Assembly: GCA_965112155.1 (NCBI GenBank) | Contig: OZ218109.1 | Source: Podarcis liolepis | Taxonomy: Eukaryota | DNA length: 64,000 nucleotides | Direction: 5' to 3' (one strand) | Part shown: piece by piece, positions 25,630 to 38,900 of the stretch | Position numbering within the stretch: the stretch's first letter is position 1 | Layout of the letters: each line of letters starts with the position of its first letter | Program-made: the position numbers and the translations under genes | Notes under the pieces: model-generated | Seen by the model: the letters and a program-made list of their open reading frames with translations, nothing else | Told to the model about the DNA's origin: nothing | The model's database searches: none

Positions 25630-28559
25630 CTATTGTCCTTCCCACGCTCCTGGACATTAAAGCCTTCCACCTGCCATCTGGAGGAGGCCAGGAAAAACCT
25701 GTAGACTTCAGGTCAGACCCAGAACTCTGGCAATCCTACATCTGAGAGATGTAGTGGGTGGTGAAGCTGACTGCAGCCCACAACACAATTAACCTCTCTC
25801 TTACTCCCATTTACTCTTCACATAGTGCGCTGCCACCTCTGGTTTGAAAAGCAGTGTGCATATGACATTAGTCACAATCCACATCTATCCCATTTCTATC
25901 CTGCCATTTCTTATGCGTTTGTTCCCTGAACCTGATTTGATCTGAATTTATAAAAACAGCAACCCAGCTGCATTTTAAGCTGGTAACAGCATCAGTGTTC
26001 TATTACCTAATTTTTACTTGTCTCCTTCTACCACTAGCCTGGTAGCATCTTTCCTTCTCCTGCTCTGTCTGTTCTGTCTCGTGCATTGACAACAACAAAA
26101 GCACTGCTCTCTCTCTAAAAAAGTGTGGCTTTGCATAGCTGCCTAGGGTTGCCTCGTGGTATGGACAATCCCCTGCCTGTAGGATTTGCAGGCCTTCAGC
26201 ACAATCTGCATTTATCTCTACTTTGTCAAAGTGGGAAGTTATTTCAGAGCTGGGGAGGAAATAATCCTTGGCTGATGTGTGTTATGCTTTGCGTTCCTGA
26301 GAGTGGAGCAGTCAGGCTGCCGTAAGTGCATTATAATCCATTGAGTGACATACTCATTACACTCCAAAGCTCTTTGGCTCATTAGTATTGATGCCTTTTT
26401 GTAACGATAATTGCAAATGAGAGAATCTGGTTTTTAATAACTTAGGAACCACTGCCCCATACATACTGATGCAGGCAGGCAGCTGGAATGGTTTCAAAAA
26501 ATATAAACTGCCATCCTATAGAGACAGCTCACATTCTGCATCTAAAGGAGACAACATAGACAGAAAAGCCTCTTTGCCTATGAGATGGAGAAAATTAACC
26601 TCTGTATAGCCGTTACTTGCATTCAAGTTGTCTAGAGTCAAAGATCAAGCTTTCAATTTGCCCAATTAAGCTTTTTAGCTCCTATGTATGGAATAGATTC
26701 CACATCAAGCCATTAGGACAAATGCCCCCTGTAGATTTGTCCTTAATAAACTCAAGGTGATAGCTACTTTAAATTCACAGTGCTGAATACCTGCTTTTTT
26801 TGTTCTGTAGAAGCTTGCATATGCTTCTCGATGGATTTGTAACTTTCTTTGGTACACAGGAACTTTATCCACATAAAAATGGAATGAAAAACGGTGGAAT
26901 GGTTATGCATTCAGATGAGCTCTGGATCCTTAGGAGGATGCAACCTCGCACAGAAAACTTATGAGAAAAGAAGTGATTGACAAATCAGGTAAGGACATAA
27001 TTATTTTGTTAGATATTTCAGCCTCAGCTTTTATCAGTAATTCAAAGGTGTTAAATTTAAAAACATGCAGTAATACCCAACAACAATTTTTTCTTAAAAT
27101 GCCAAGGACAGAGATGAATCTTAGGGAAGCAACATTTGGCATATATAAGGGGCATATAACTGGAATAAATCTTTAAGTAAAAGTTTATATGTTATCCTCC
27201 AAGTCAAGGCTATGAGCGATTCGCAAGTGTATATCCTCAAACTTACTTCTACTTCTACTGTTTCAATGTTGGGTTTTTTTTCTCTCCTCTTGGGAAAAAA
27301 AATCAAAGTATTGTTGTGAGTTTGGGGTGTGGGGTAGGCTATATCTTTGAGTCCCTTCCAATTCTTTGATCTCCTGGTTGTTTATTTATCTATTTTATAA
27401 AAATGATATACCACTTGGTTGTAAGAAACTGTTAAAGATATAAGTTTAATATGCATAAAATGTAAAGTTTGTATGCATTGTGTTTGAAAACATTTTGCAA
27501 AGAGACATTTTCATTAGGCATGGGAGGTTTCACTCTGGAAAATGCGGCAGAAAGGTTTGTATGTTTCCATTTCAGCCTTTATGCTAATTGATGATCCATC
27601 CAGAAACAGAACTGCAGATCTCTTACATCAGGGAAATGAGACCTGAGAACTCAGTGTTTTTGTCAGCAATGGAGCCAGGAGCAGCAGAAGCTCAGTTTTG
27701 GGAAGATGAACAAGCAAGTTGCTTAGGATCTATCTCTGAGAGCACAGAGAGGAAAATTCTTTTAGTCCTGAACTGTATTCAGAACTAAAAAGAAGACAAG
27801 ACCACATTGCTTGCTTGCTTAAGAGCAATGTGTTACTAAATATTTTGTAAACATTTATTTGTAACTGTTTTAAAACTGTTCCTCAGTAAAGCTTTGAAAC
27901 TCATTCTTGTGGTGAAGAGCAAATACATTTCGACTCTTCATAAGGTCCTGACCAGAGGTTCTATTGCAGCAACTCTAACATAAACCTCAATGCAATTTGA
28001 ATTATACCAGGGTGTCCCTTAGGCTTAAAAATTTAGTCACCGGGAGCTCTCATTCAGATTAGTAGAAATATTTTTGATAATGACTTTCACTTGAGAAATT
28101 CAGGGCATTCTGTATAGAGGGATGTTAAGCACAGAGAAAGTGGGGAAAGTCCTGTTGTCAGTATAAAAGTCTTTGAGAGCATCTGGGGAGATAGAAAAGA
28201 CTTCTGAGCTAACTGTGTGAGTGTAAAGCAATAGTCTGAGTTAAGAGAAAATTGATTGGGGTCATTCGTAGCTGGTGGATCCCAGTTGACCTCAATCAGC
28301 ATAAAAGCCCAGGGCTCTAGCTGGATAATTGTATTGAAAACTTTTTAAGAAGGAAGGAAGGCTGCTGGTTCCCTCACTAGGAAGAAAACAGTGAGACACA
28401 AAGGGGCTGACAGGAAGGACTTAAAGTCAAGTGAAGCCTTTCCTGGCTTAGGGATCAAAAGAAGGGGAAAGTTTGAGGGGCTTGATCACGTTAAGTGCAG
28501 TTAAAGGCACAGGAACAAGGAAATAAGCAAAAGCTAGCTAGTGTGTGGGAAATTGCTGT

Positions 28560-28905
28560 AGGTGGCGCTGTGGTCTAAACCACGGAGCCTCTTGGGCTTG
28601 CCAATCAGAAGGTCGGTGGTTCGAATCCCTGCGACGGGGTGAGCTCCCATTGCTCGGTCACAGCTCCTGACAACCTATGCAAGTAGATAGTTACCGCTCT
28701 TGTGGGGAGGTAAACGGCGTTTCTGTGCACTGCTCTGGTTTCACTGTTCCGTTGCACCAGAAGCGGATGCTGGCCACACGACCCGGAAAAACTGTCTGCG
28801 GACAAACGCCAGCTCCCTCGGCCTGTAAAGTAGGATTAGCGCCGCAACCCCAGAGTCGTCTGTGACCGGACTTAACTGTCAGGGGTCCTTTACCTTTACC
28901 TTTTT
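28560..28905 (+). mobile_element. Sauria-type SINE, near full length
   Basis: tRNA head GGTGGCGCTGTGGT...GGTTCGAATCCC and (TTTACC)n tail; flanking direct repeat CTAGTGTGTGGGAAAT at 28538-28553 and 28913-28928. Confidence 0.85.
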
Positions 28906-29530
28906 AGCTACTCTAGTGTGTGGGAAATGGCCCAGTAGAGGGGTGGACATTCGGCAAGGAAGCAAATTTAACTAATGGCCGGATTTGCTTGCTGGGTGTC
29001 TGTATGTCTTCTCGTTAGTCTTTTTTCATCCCACACGTATCAATGCATTTCCTCCTGGACTTACCAAACTGCAAACAGGTTGCCCTTGAATCCCTACCTC
29101 CCAAAAAAGTCTGGAGGTTCCCAGATAGTTTGCTACCAGGGCTGCCCTTGTTACTAGAAGTGAAATATCCTGGTTTCTTAAACCATCAGCTCCCACTAAG
29201 AAAACATCTACCAGCCTTTAGCTAGGAAGGTGTCTGGCAAAAGAAATGGCAGGAACTGGGCTCTCCCAGAGGTCCAGGGACTTCCTGCTTTTGAGGCCCC
29301 TGGCCATAACAGCAATTAAAAATGATAACATGAGAAAACAATGCAATCTAGAGCACTTAACAAAATAAATTTGTGTTTTACCAAATTGCATCTCTTCATT
29401 GTTTTAAGATTTGCAGACATTTTGGTCTAATGTGCAGCATTACACATCTTTAGTTGCCAGGCAAAGACATTCCTTTTTTTAAAAAGGCCTTTGGCTTTTT
29501 AACTGTCTGTTGCATGGGAAGCAAAATATT

Positions 29531-29965
29531 CCTGCTTTGCAGGGGGTTGGACTTGAAGACCTTCATGGTCCCTTCCAGCTCCACAATTTATGATTCTCTG
29601 GTGCTGACCTTTAAAGCCCTAAAACATCGGCCCTGTATGCCTGAAGGAGTGTCTCCACCCCCATCGTTCAACCTGGACACTGAGGTCCAGCTCCGAGGGC
29701 CTTCTGGCAGTTCCCTCAATGCGAGAAGCTAAATTACAGGAAACCAGGCAAAGGACCTTCTCGGTGGTGGCACCCACCCTATGGAATGCCTTTCCTCCAG
29801 ATGTCAAGAAAATAAACAACGATCTGACTTTTAGAAGTCACCTGAAGGCAGCCCTGTTTAAGGAAGTTCTAAATGGTTGCTGTTTTATTATATTTGTTGG
29901 AAGCCACCCAGAGTGGCTGGGGCCACCCAGTCACATGGGCGGGGTACAAATAATAACATTATTAT
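29531..29965 (+). mobile_element. CR1 3' end (29531-29598) followed by L2-like LINE 3' fragment
   Basis: GGGGTTGGACTTGAAGACC...TTCCAGCTC tail, then 'RTFSVVAPTLWNAFP...FRSHLKAALF', typical of L2/CR1-clade ORF2 C-termini. Confidence 0.7.
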
Positions 29966-32899
29966 TTGTAATTAGTATTATGATTTTATGGCTGGGTGAG
30001 GATTTGAACCCAGGGTTTCCTGGTCTTGCATTTCAGCACTCTGTTGCACTGTTTCTCGTAACAGCATAATTTCCGGCATCGTTCCCAGAAGTGAAGTAAT
30101 CCAAATGAGACTTAGGAGATGGGCTTGAATTCTTTCTGGTATGCAGTACAACCGGGTATTAGCGATAGCTCTTGCACCTGACTTCAGCCCTAGGCAGCTT
30201 GGCTGCTGTCAATAATATATGTAGGTGCAGCTGATTGAAATCCTGCTTACGGAGTCAGATCCAGCTCTTTATCTTTTGGCTGGGTCTGTTCTGATAACAG
30301 GGCTGGGGGAGAAAATCATTAAAGCATTAAGATGACAGATTACAAAAAGGGAGCACGGCAAGTCACCCAGAAGGTGCCTTTTGAATGCTGTTGCATTTTT
30401 GCAGCAGGAAGGCACTCGCTTGAGTTCTTTATCATTCTTTTCATTGCATCGTCATTGGTTCTGGCTGAATAGAAACTATGATGCTTAAAATTGTTCGTTG
30501 CGATACGTAAATTTGTTAGAGAGGTGAAGGTAGAGTTCATGAGCTTTTTTATGTTGGGCAGGTTTACTTTCACAGAAAAATGAGGAAAAAATATATAATA
30601 GGAAAATAAGTTTTTTTTTCTACCCAGCTCCTGGTCACTTTTCATTTTTCTCTCCCAGGAAAATCTCACCACTAGGTAAGATATCACGGCATTGTTTCCA
30701 TGGTTACTCCCTCTCCCATGAATACATGGTGAATAAAGGAATATCTACCATTGAATAACCAGAGTTTCTTTTTTCTTCTCAATTTTTTCCCATTGAGTAA
30801 AACATTAAGTATATATGGTTACAGATAACTGGGGGTGGGGGGAGAGAGAAACAGCCCTGGACCATTTTTCACGGTACGCACATTAATCCTAGCAACAACA
30901 AATACTAAATAAAATCTAAAATTAGCATCTCCCCCTCCTTAAAGTTACTTTAGAATGGAAAAGACAACCTGCTTGCTTAGAAAAAGTTGTTACTGCTTCT
31001 TCCCCCTTCCCCCCATTACAAGATGGTCCCTTATTGTTTCCCTATACATGTGCATACTGTTGGGACCTTTTGATTTTGCTGTATGTTCAATAAAGTCAAA
31101 CCAAACAGTATAAAACCTGTCCTTTTAGAATGTATTTGTCCCCTAACAGACTAAGCAACCTGGAAATACTACTTGTGTTGAGAAGAATCCTCCCCTCTCT
31201 TACTCAACGTGACTGCCGGTGCTTTTGATACCCTACAACCTCCTCCCCCCCCCCATTTATTCAGTTGAAGGGGACTTGTAGGAGCCGGGTTTGGGAGAAG
31301 GCATTATTGAACAAAGGCGTGCAAGCCTTTGGAACTCTGCTTCCAGCTCAATAAGCAACATTAATGCCTTTGCAGATTTGCAAGTGATTATTAACTTGTC
31401 GCATGCCATCAAGCTCACCTTTGTGTTCATAATATAAAACGGAATTCTTTTATGTACATCGCTCAGCCTCTTGGTGCACAGACGCAACCCCAAACCCTTA
31501 TCTTGACGACGCTTCAATCTTCACACCGCTTTCAACAAAGCAGGCTGAAGGACGTGAATGAATTAAAAAGCCTTTATATAAAGACATTCATTCTCCAGGA
31601 TGATAAATAAGCCGGTCGTAAATAGGCTTCAAGGACCATAACTCTTGTGGCTTTATCAGCCTTGTTTGTGATAAGTGTTGTTCATTTATTCATTACTGAA
31701 ATTAAACGGCGAAAAGGATTAGTTGATTGCCCAGCTGATTGGAATATAAATGCTGTTCAAATGCACTGACACTTGCCAAGATGTTATAATTTGCCCAGAG
31801 CAGCTGAGAAGATACCAAAGGGGTGTCAAGAAAGGGCAGAATAAACTGTTGCGGGTCTTTAACGTTTTCTTTCATTGGTTTTGTGGTGGAAGTGATCCTT
31901 TGCTATGTAAAAAGAGAAATGTTGTGAGGAAAAGTTTGGTTGGAGGCCCTTGCCCACAACTCTTGAAGCCCAGTGGTTGACTAAAGGATTGTGGTCCTCA
32001 AAAGAATGTTGTACACTTGTTCAGAGAAGCAGTGCTGTTTCCAGGCTGCTCCATGTGGCAAATAGTACTGAGCTTTTGCCATGCACTATCGCTAGCACAT
32101 ACCTGTGGTACTTAAAATCTTGTGCTGACTGATTATATGCTACTGAGCCTAGTTCAAAGTTCTTGGATTAATTTACAATGTCCTTAATGACTAGAGTCCA
32201 CGCCTGATTCCTTATATCCCTGTCCGATCACTGAGGTATTTGCTAGTGGCCCCCCCATAGCTCAGATGTACAGATCATATTGCAAAGGAGTCATGTTCAG
32301 CATGTGTTCAGCATTGTAGGGTCAATTTTCTGGAACTCCCAGCTGATATCAGACACGAGCCCCTCCCTACAAAACTTCCAGCACGTGCTGCTGAAGACGC
32401 ACTCTCTCTCACACACACAAATCTAGCAGGCATTTTAACTATTTTTTTTTTATTTTATAGTTGGTTTGCAACTGATCTTGATTGCATTTGTTGAGTTTTA
32501 TGAACACCCCTTTTAGCCAAGTGTAATGAGCTGGTATATAAATTGTCTAAATAAATGAAGACTCTCATACGCATGGCCCCCTAGTAGCGAGAGAGTCCAG
32601 GGGCAGCTTTGTCTGGATCAGGCTTCGCTTTGAGGAATAGTACTGGAGACACACAGCATTTTTACAAAATTTGCTTTTCGTTTACAAAATTATTTAATTC
32701 ATTTATTCAGACTATTTCTTAACCACCCATCATTGAGAGGATTCCAAGGCGGTGTGGAAAGTGACGAGCATGGAAAATGGGGCACAGCGTGAGTGCTGGT
32801 CCTTGCAGGCCCCCTGCCCTCCATGCTTCCTGAACACTTGATACCTATTGGTTAGCATCCATGCGTCTTGGGAGACAATGGAAGAGTGCACCTTTGGGG

Positions 32900-32990
32900 G
32901 TGAAGTTGGAAGCCAACTCCCCATAGAGCACATCCTTGGGGATCCTGCCATCTTCCATTCTGTAGACATGATCAAGCCAGCATTGTAGGG
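32900..32990 (-). mobile_element. RTE-clade LINE ORF fragment
   Basis: 'WLDHVYRMEDGRIPKDVLYGELA' matches the RTE C-terminal WLGHVxRMxDxRIPKxxLYGEL motif. Confidence 0.7.
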
Positions 32991-33290
32991 ATGGCGTCGG
33001 AGGGCGCGAGCACACCCTCCCCCACAGCATAAGACAAGCCACAGCTATCTAGCTGCCATGCCTACTCCTTGACCTTTTGTCTCCTCAGCAGTGTTCAGTG
33101 CCCTGACCTTTATCTCCTTTGCCAAAAGTATTGCTCATTTCCCCCTGTAATGGGAACATGATGTGGTGGAGCAAGTTGCGTAGATAACTAGGCAACACCC
33201 AGGCAGCTCAGGATTGGAGAAGTGTAAAGGGCAAAGCCCTGAATGTATCTTCCTGGTTTTGCATATCTTGCTAATAAAAAAAGCCTCCAC

Positions 33291-33546
33291 AAAGAAGAAG
33301 AAGAGGAGGAGTTTGGATTTGATATCCCGCCTTTCACTCCCTTTAAGGAGTCTCAAAGCGGCTAACATTCTCCTTTCCCTTCCTCCCCCACAACAAACAC
33401 TCTGTGAGGTGAGTGGGGCTGAGAGACTTCAGAGAAGTGTGACTGGCCCAAGGTCACCCAGCAGCTGCATGTGGAGGAGCGGGGAAGCGAACCCGGTTCC
33501 CCAGATTAGGAGACTACCGCTCTTAACCACTACACCACACTGGCTC
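33291..33546 (-). mobile_element. MIR/CORE-like tRNA-derived SINE
   Basis: Minus-strand head AGCCAGTGTGGTGTAGTGGTTAAGAGC, B-box GGGTTCGCTTCCC, CORE GTGACCTTGGGCCAGTCA, (CTT)n tail. Confidence 0.75.
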
Positions 33547-33734
33547 TGGCACAGTGTGGCACCACACTAAGCTAGCAGTCAGCTTGCTCTCGCACAGCTC
33601 ACTTGCATCCCAACTCCCTTGTCGGCTCCGTTATTTCTACAAGCATAGATGTTGCAGAGACAGGAGTGCAAATATGCTGGAGATGTGGGTTTGGGAGAGC
33701 ACATCCTTGTTTGAGACTCTGTCCTGCCATGTGA

Positions 33735-33838
33735 AGACCAACACCCTGGATCAGGACATCACCCACACTCCACGCATCAGCATTAATGACCACATGCTTG
33801 GGGCGGTAGACGATTTTGTCTACCTGGGCTCCATTTGA
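33735..33838 (+). mobile_element. RTE-clade reverse transcriptase fragment
   Basis: 'PRISINDHMLGAVDDFVYLGSI' resembles the I.I....LE.VD.F.YLGS motif at the end of LINE RT domains. Confidence 0.6.
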
Positions 33839-34734
33839 AGGCAAAAATACAGTGCAGCTAAATTCGCAGTTGGAAAGTAAGCACACAACAACAGTAGACT
33901 TAAGTCACAGGGACCAATATTGGCCTTTAAAGCTATAAGAACCAGCCTACATACAACATACACACACAGCAACACTGGGCTCGAGATATTTTTTTAACGC
34001 CAGGCAAGAAAGGAGGAGAAAGTTATATCCCTATAAGTTAAAACACATGTGATGGCCTTGTCCCTGACTCACTTTGGCTGTGCATACATCACCAGTTTAT
34101 AATGCAGTGAGGTTGTTCCTACCCACCTCCAATGAACTTCAGATCGCATTTACATGTCATTTTACATGTCAGAATGGGTTGAAAATGTTTCCAGATCAGC
34201 TGCTGTCCACACAAGTAGGTGTGAAAGATGTCTTCATATGGCTTAGATTTTTGAATCAGACTGAAGATGGTTTCCAGGGGAAATGCATTAAAACTGTGTT
34301 TCTCAAGATGTGGTTTGTGGCTAACGTATTGTGTACACAGCTTCACAAACCAGTGGTGTGAATGCACTGTAGAGTAATCAGGAGTGACAATGCTGACTTG
34401 GAGGCATGCTCATTGACATTTTGTTTGTGTAATAAGGGATCCTTCAACATAGCAGCATTGCCATGCAAGGGAGTGGTTCACCCCTCACACACACATTTTC
34501 AATAAAGATTTATATGTGACCACTGGCTTAGTATAGCAATTTTAGTTCAGGACCAGGGAACAATGCAAATTCTAAAGAAGCCTAGAATAAAATGTGTCTC
34601 TGATACTGCTAAGGAGTTATACAAATGCGTATTTTAACTCCCCAGATCTTCAACCTTGCCCCCCAATAGTATTTCAGAGGTTGCCCAGTCCAGAATTCCC
34701 TACCCCCTTTCAATTGTTCTCCATAAGAATTGTA

Positions 34735-34958
34735 CAGTGGTACTTTGGTTTAAGAACAGCCCTGTTTAAGAACAATTTGGTTTACAAACTCTGCAAAACA
34801 AGAAATAGTGTCCTGGTTTGAGAACTTTACCTTGGTCTAAGAACAGAATCCTAACACTGGAAGGGCACCAGCGGCCAGAGGCCTCGTTAGGGAATGCACG
34901 TCTCGGTTTAAGAACAGACTTCTGGAATGGATTAAGTTCATAAACCGAGGTACCACTG
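34735..34958. mobile_element. Tc1/mariner-type MITE related to family B
   Basis: TA|CAGTGGTACTTTGGTTTA ... TAAACCGAGGTACCACTG|TA. Confidence 0.8.
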
Positions 34959-35329
34959 TATTCCTCTAAGGGCCCTTCAAGATGTCCTGTTGTTGTAATA
35001 CATCTTAATATTGTGCGATTCATTATTAGCTGCTGTGTGTTTGAAAATTCGACAAGAAATAAGTTTTTGAAATAAGAACCCTGTGGCCCTTAAATTAATA
35101 TTAGCGTGCCAATTCCCCATTTCCCACCTGACTGCGACAGTAATCCTTGCAGTTTAGTTGCATTTGAAATACGTTTGATACCAACTCATGATAAGGTTCC
35201 AAGCGTTGTTTTTGAAATGTAGCCTATGTATGTAATGTGATACGTGGCGTTCCGTACACACGTACACCCACCTTCACGTATCAAATAATTGTGATCCGCG
35301 CTATGTATAATTGCTTGGGCTTCATGCTG

Positions 35330-35945
35330 GTTTGGCAAATGACGCTGCAGTTCGTACCTTTGAAGTCCAGGCGGCGCTACAGGACCGCTACTGGCGGTGG
35401 AACTGGAGCAGCTTTTTCCAACGGCGCTTTCTAGAGCTAGGAAAAGACAAGCGTCACTTCCGTTCTGCTACAGTGTTTTTTCCCATTAATAACTTCCAAT
35501 AAGTAACTGACGTTCAAGTCCGTATCTGCGCGTGCGCAGCGAGCTTTTCTCGTTCCGGTCTCGTTTATTTTTTTCCCCTCTCGCGAGAACGGACGAAACC
35601 GGACGTCCTGCCTTCCCCTTCCGGCCCCCGTGTACCTCTCTCTTTAACTCCGGCAAAGGGGCCGGACGGACACGCCGCAACCATGGCGCTCTACAACTTC
35701 AAGAAAATCATGGTGGTCCCGTCTGCCAAGGTAAAAGGAGGACGGCTCCCTTCTTTAGTGATTCGAACGGCGCGCGGGAGCTTCTGACTGCGGCTGCGCC
35801 GTTTCTGTGGGAACACGGCGGCCCCGGTTAGCGCGTGGCGCTGGAGGGGGGGGAAGGGAGAGGCCACGTGCCGGAGAAGGGGGAGGCCACTTGACGTGCC
35901 TGGCCACTCATTGGCTCTCTTCCCCACGTGGCTCGCGGACTCCAC
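35330..35945 (+). promoter_or_regulatory. GTPBP4: GTPBP4 CpG-island promoter
   Basis: NRF1-like TGCGCGTGCGCA 35527-35538, TCTCGCGAGA 35579-35588, ETS ACTTCCG 35456-35462, E-boxes CACGTG 35865-35870 and 35925-35930. Confidence 0.8.
35683..35730 (+). CDS. GTPBP4: GTPBP4 exon 1 ([16 protein letters not shown])
   Basis: Kozak ACCATGG; donor AAG|GTAAAA. Confidence 0.95.
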
Positions 35946-38900
35946 AGTGTGGTTTTTTTTTGGGGGGGGGGAGCTGTGCCTGTTGAATTTCTGACTGTAG
36001 CGCTGCTGCAAATGGTACCAGCAGTGCCGGATTTACGTACAGTGGTACCTCGGGTTAAGTACTTAATTCGTTCCGGAGGTCTGTTCTTAACCTGAAACTG
36101 TTATTAACCTGAAGCACCACTTTAGCTAATGGGGCCTCCTGCTGCTGCCACTCTGCTGGAGCATGATTTCTGTTCTCATCCTGAAGCAAAGTTCTTAACC
36201 CGAGGCACTATTTCTGGGTTAGCGGAGTCTGTAACCTGAAGCGTATGTAACCCAAGGTACCACTGTATAAGCTAAAGAAGCTATAGCTTAGGGTCACACT
36301 CTCTTGGGGGCCCCCAAAAAAATTAGAGAAAAAAACACAGGATGTACATTGCCAAAATATAAGATAAAAAACAAAATAAAATAGAACCTGCATACAGCAA
36401 CAGTGTTTTGGGTTGTGTAGGCTCCTATGATGTAAGTAATGGGCCCTGCCTGCTAGCCTGCTCCCTAAAATATCACTGGTTTGTTCATTTCCATATCAAT
36501 TACTTTGATAAAATACATATTTTGTTATGAGCAAATGGCTTTAGATACCTGTTAGGTCCATATAGCTTGTATTCAACACAAAAAAGCAACAATTTGTTAT
36601 TGACAAAGGACAGCTGGACATATAAATTACCATTACCTTCGGTAGCTTATGCCCTCATCAAACCTAAATCCGGCCCTGGGTGCCAGGGATGGGTAAGAAT
36701 AGGAAGCGATCCTATTTTTCTCTCCCCGCCTCCTGAAAGACACGTGACCCTAATAGTGACACTGTTTATGTATTAAATTTGTCGCAGAATTGTAGAGTTT
36801 GGAAAGGGGGCCCTCCGAGGGTCATCTAGTCCCACCCCCCTGCCGTGCAGGAATCTCAACGCAGAATCCTTGTCAGCCACTTTAATCTTGCGACTTAACA
36901 ACCAGTCAAATAGGTAGCAAACCCCACGTTAAAACTTAAAAGGGCTCTCCTACGACTAGCGGGGACCTTGCCAGCACCCAGAAGCTTGGGGCGCGAATTG
37001 AAGAACACATAATTTATCCCCAAAATACTTGATTGATTGATGTTGGCACTTTATATTGAAATGAGTTATGATGGAAATTAGTGGAACTTTGACACATATG
37101 TGCTTAAGAATAGAGAGCAAGTCTGTTAGGGCAATGAAGGGGTTTGGGGTGGATTTTTAAGCACAATCAATATCAGTAAAATTATGTGAAATTGCTTTTC
37201 TTTTAACCGTGGGTTAAAACATTTTGTTCAGAGGCAAGCAGGCAATGACTGCATGTCTCATGATCCCTAGTCTTAAGGGCTTTCCAGAGTTATTTGCCCT
37301 GTCGCAGCACACTTGACCGAACTCTTCCTTTCTGCTTTCAACTACAGATGTGAGTTTTTGACTCTTGTTTTATTGTGATGTTTGGTGACTTTGAAAACAC
37401 TAAACACTTCCTTGCCGTTTATTTTTTTAACTGCAGGACTTCATAGACCTGACGTTATCCAAGACGCAGCGGAAGACACCCACAGTAATTCATAAGCATT
37501 ACCAGATTCACCGCATCCGTCATTTTTACATGAGAAAAGTAAAATACACCCAACAAAATTACCACGACAGGCTCACCCAAATCATCATGGATTTCCCAAA
37601 ACTAGATGTAAGTGGCTTTGGCAGGAGGCAGTTGAACACAAAAAGTTATTCTAAGCCCAGTGTTATACTCTCTGCATGATACATGGCCAAAAAAACTTGC
37701 AAAAATCTTTCTTTTGGGTAAACCATATCTGGTTTCTTAGAGAAAGGTTATGTACCATACTTTTTCCCTCCTAAAAAGTAAGGGGAAATGTGTGTGCGTC
37801 TTATGGAGCAAGTGCAGGCTGCGCAGCTATCCCAGAAGCCAGAACAGCAAGAGGGATTGCTGCACAGCGATCCCTCTTGCTGTTCTGGCTTCTGAGATTC
37901 AGAATATTTCCCCCCTTGTTTTCCTCCTCCAAAAACTAGGTGCGTCTTGTGGTCTGGTGTGTCTTATAGAGCAAAAAATACTACTTCAAGTTCTTTCTTT
38001 TACAATATTATAAATTGGTCTATAAAGCCCTAAATGGTTTGGGGACTAGTTATCTTGGGGAATGCCTGCAGTATCCTGCCAATAAGGTGGGTTCTGCTGG
38101 CACGTCTCTCTTGACCGCACCATCACCCGATGAAGTCTGGATTCCTGGAACTTGGCATAGGGCTTTCTCAATAGCTGCCCCTCCAGTTGTGAAATTCTCT
38201 TCCCCTGTACCTTACAGTGGCACTGGCATTAATGAGCTTTTAGTGCCAAGTGGGAATCTTCCCCTTTTGCCTGGTTCCCACAAGCTGACATTTTAATAAC
38301 AGATGGGGAACACTTGCATCAGCGCCTGGGTTTGCTGGATTTCTTTTCTTGCTTTATGAAACTGATGTAACGCATATGTTGCGACAGCTTAGGGTGAAGT
38401 TTGGCTATCAATCCCCGAAACAATGTAGCATATGTTGATAAGGTACAGTATGGACAAAGTCACCCTTCCTCTGGACAAGTTCAGGGCGATGTACAGGGTG
38501 AGTCTTTTAAAAGGCCCTGTGGAACATGTGTATTCTGTATCTATGGGGTCTCTTTTAAAGGACTCACCCTGTACAACAGACATTAAAAACATGATATATC
38601 TCTTAACCTTATTTTACTATGATTTGCTGCTTGTTGAGAAGGAGAGAGTCATGTAGGATTTTGGATAGTGTTCTGTGAAAATATATGCACGGTTTGTTTG
38701 AGTCTTTCTGGCAAAATGAATAATCATATGTTTTAAAGACTGTATTATACAGTAGACAAGATTCCGCTTGCTGATACAGCTTGCGTTGATCATTGAGTGT
38801 GCAAGTTTCTAATTCTGTAGAATTCATTGCTCCTTGGCTCTTGAAAGCTTGCATGCTCCTACACCGACCTGGGCCGAGATAAGGAATGCTGTTTTAATTT

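Noticed and set aside
30700-31540. Minus-strand ORF-like sequence (KRIPFYIMN...)
   Set aside because: Probably a decayed L1/Tx1-type LINE 3' region; too degenerate to delimit and not a host gene
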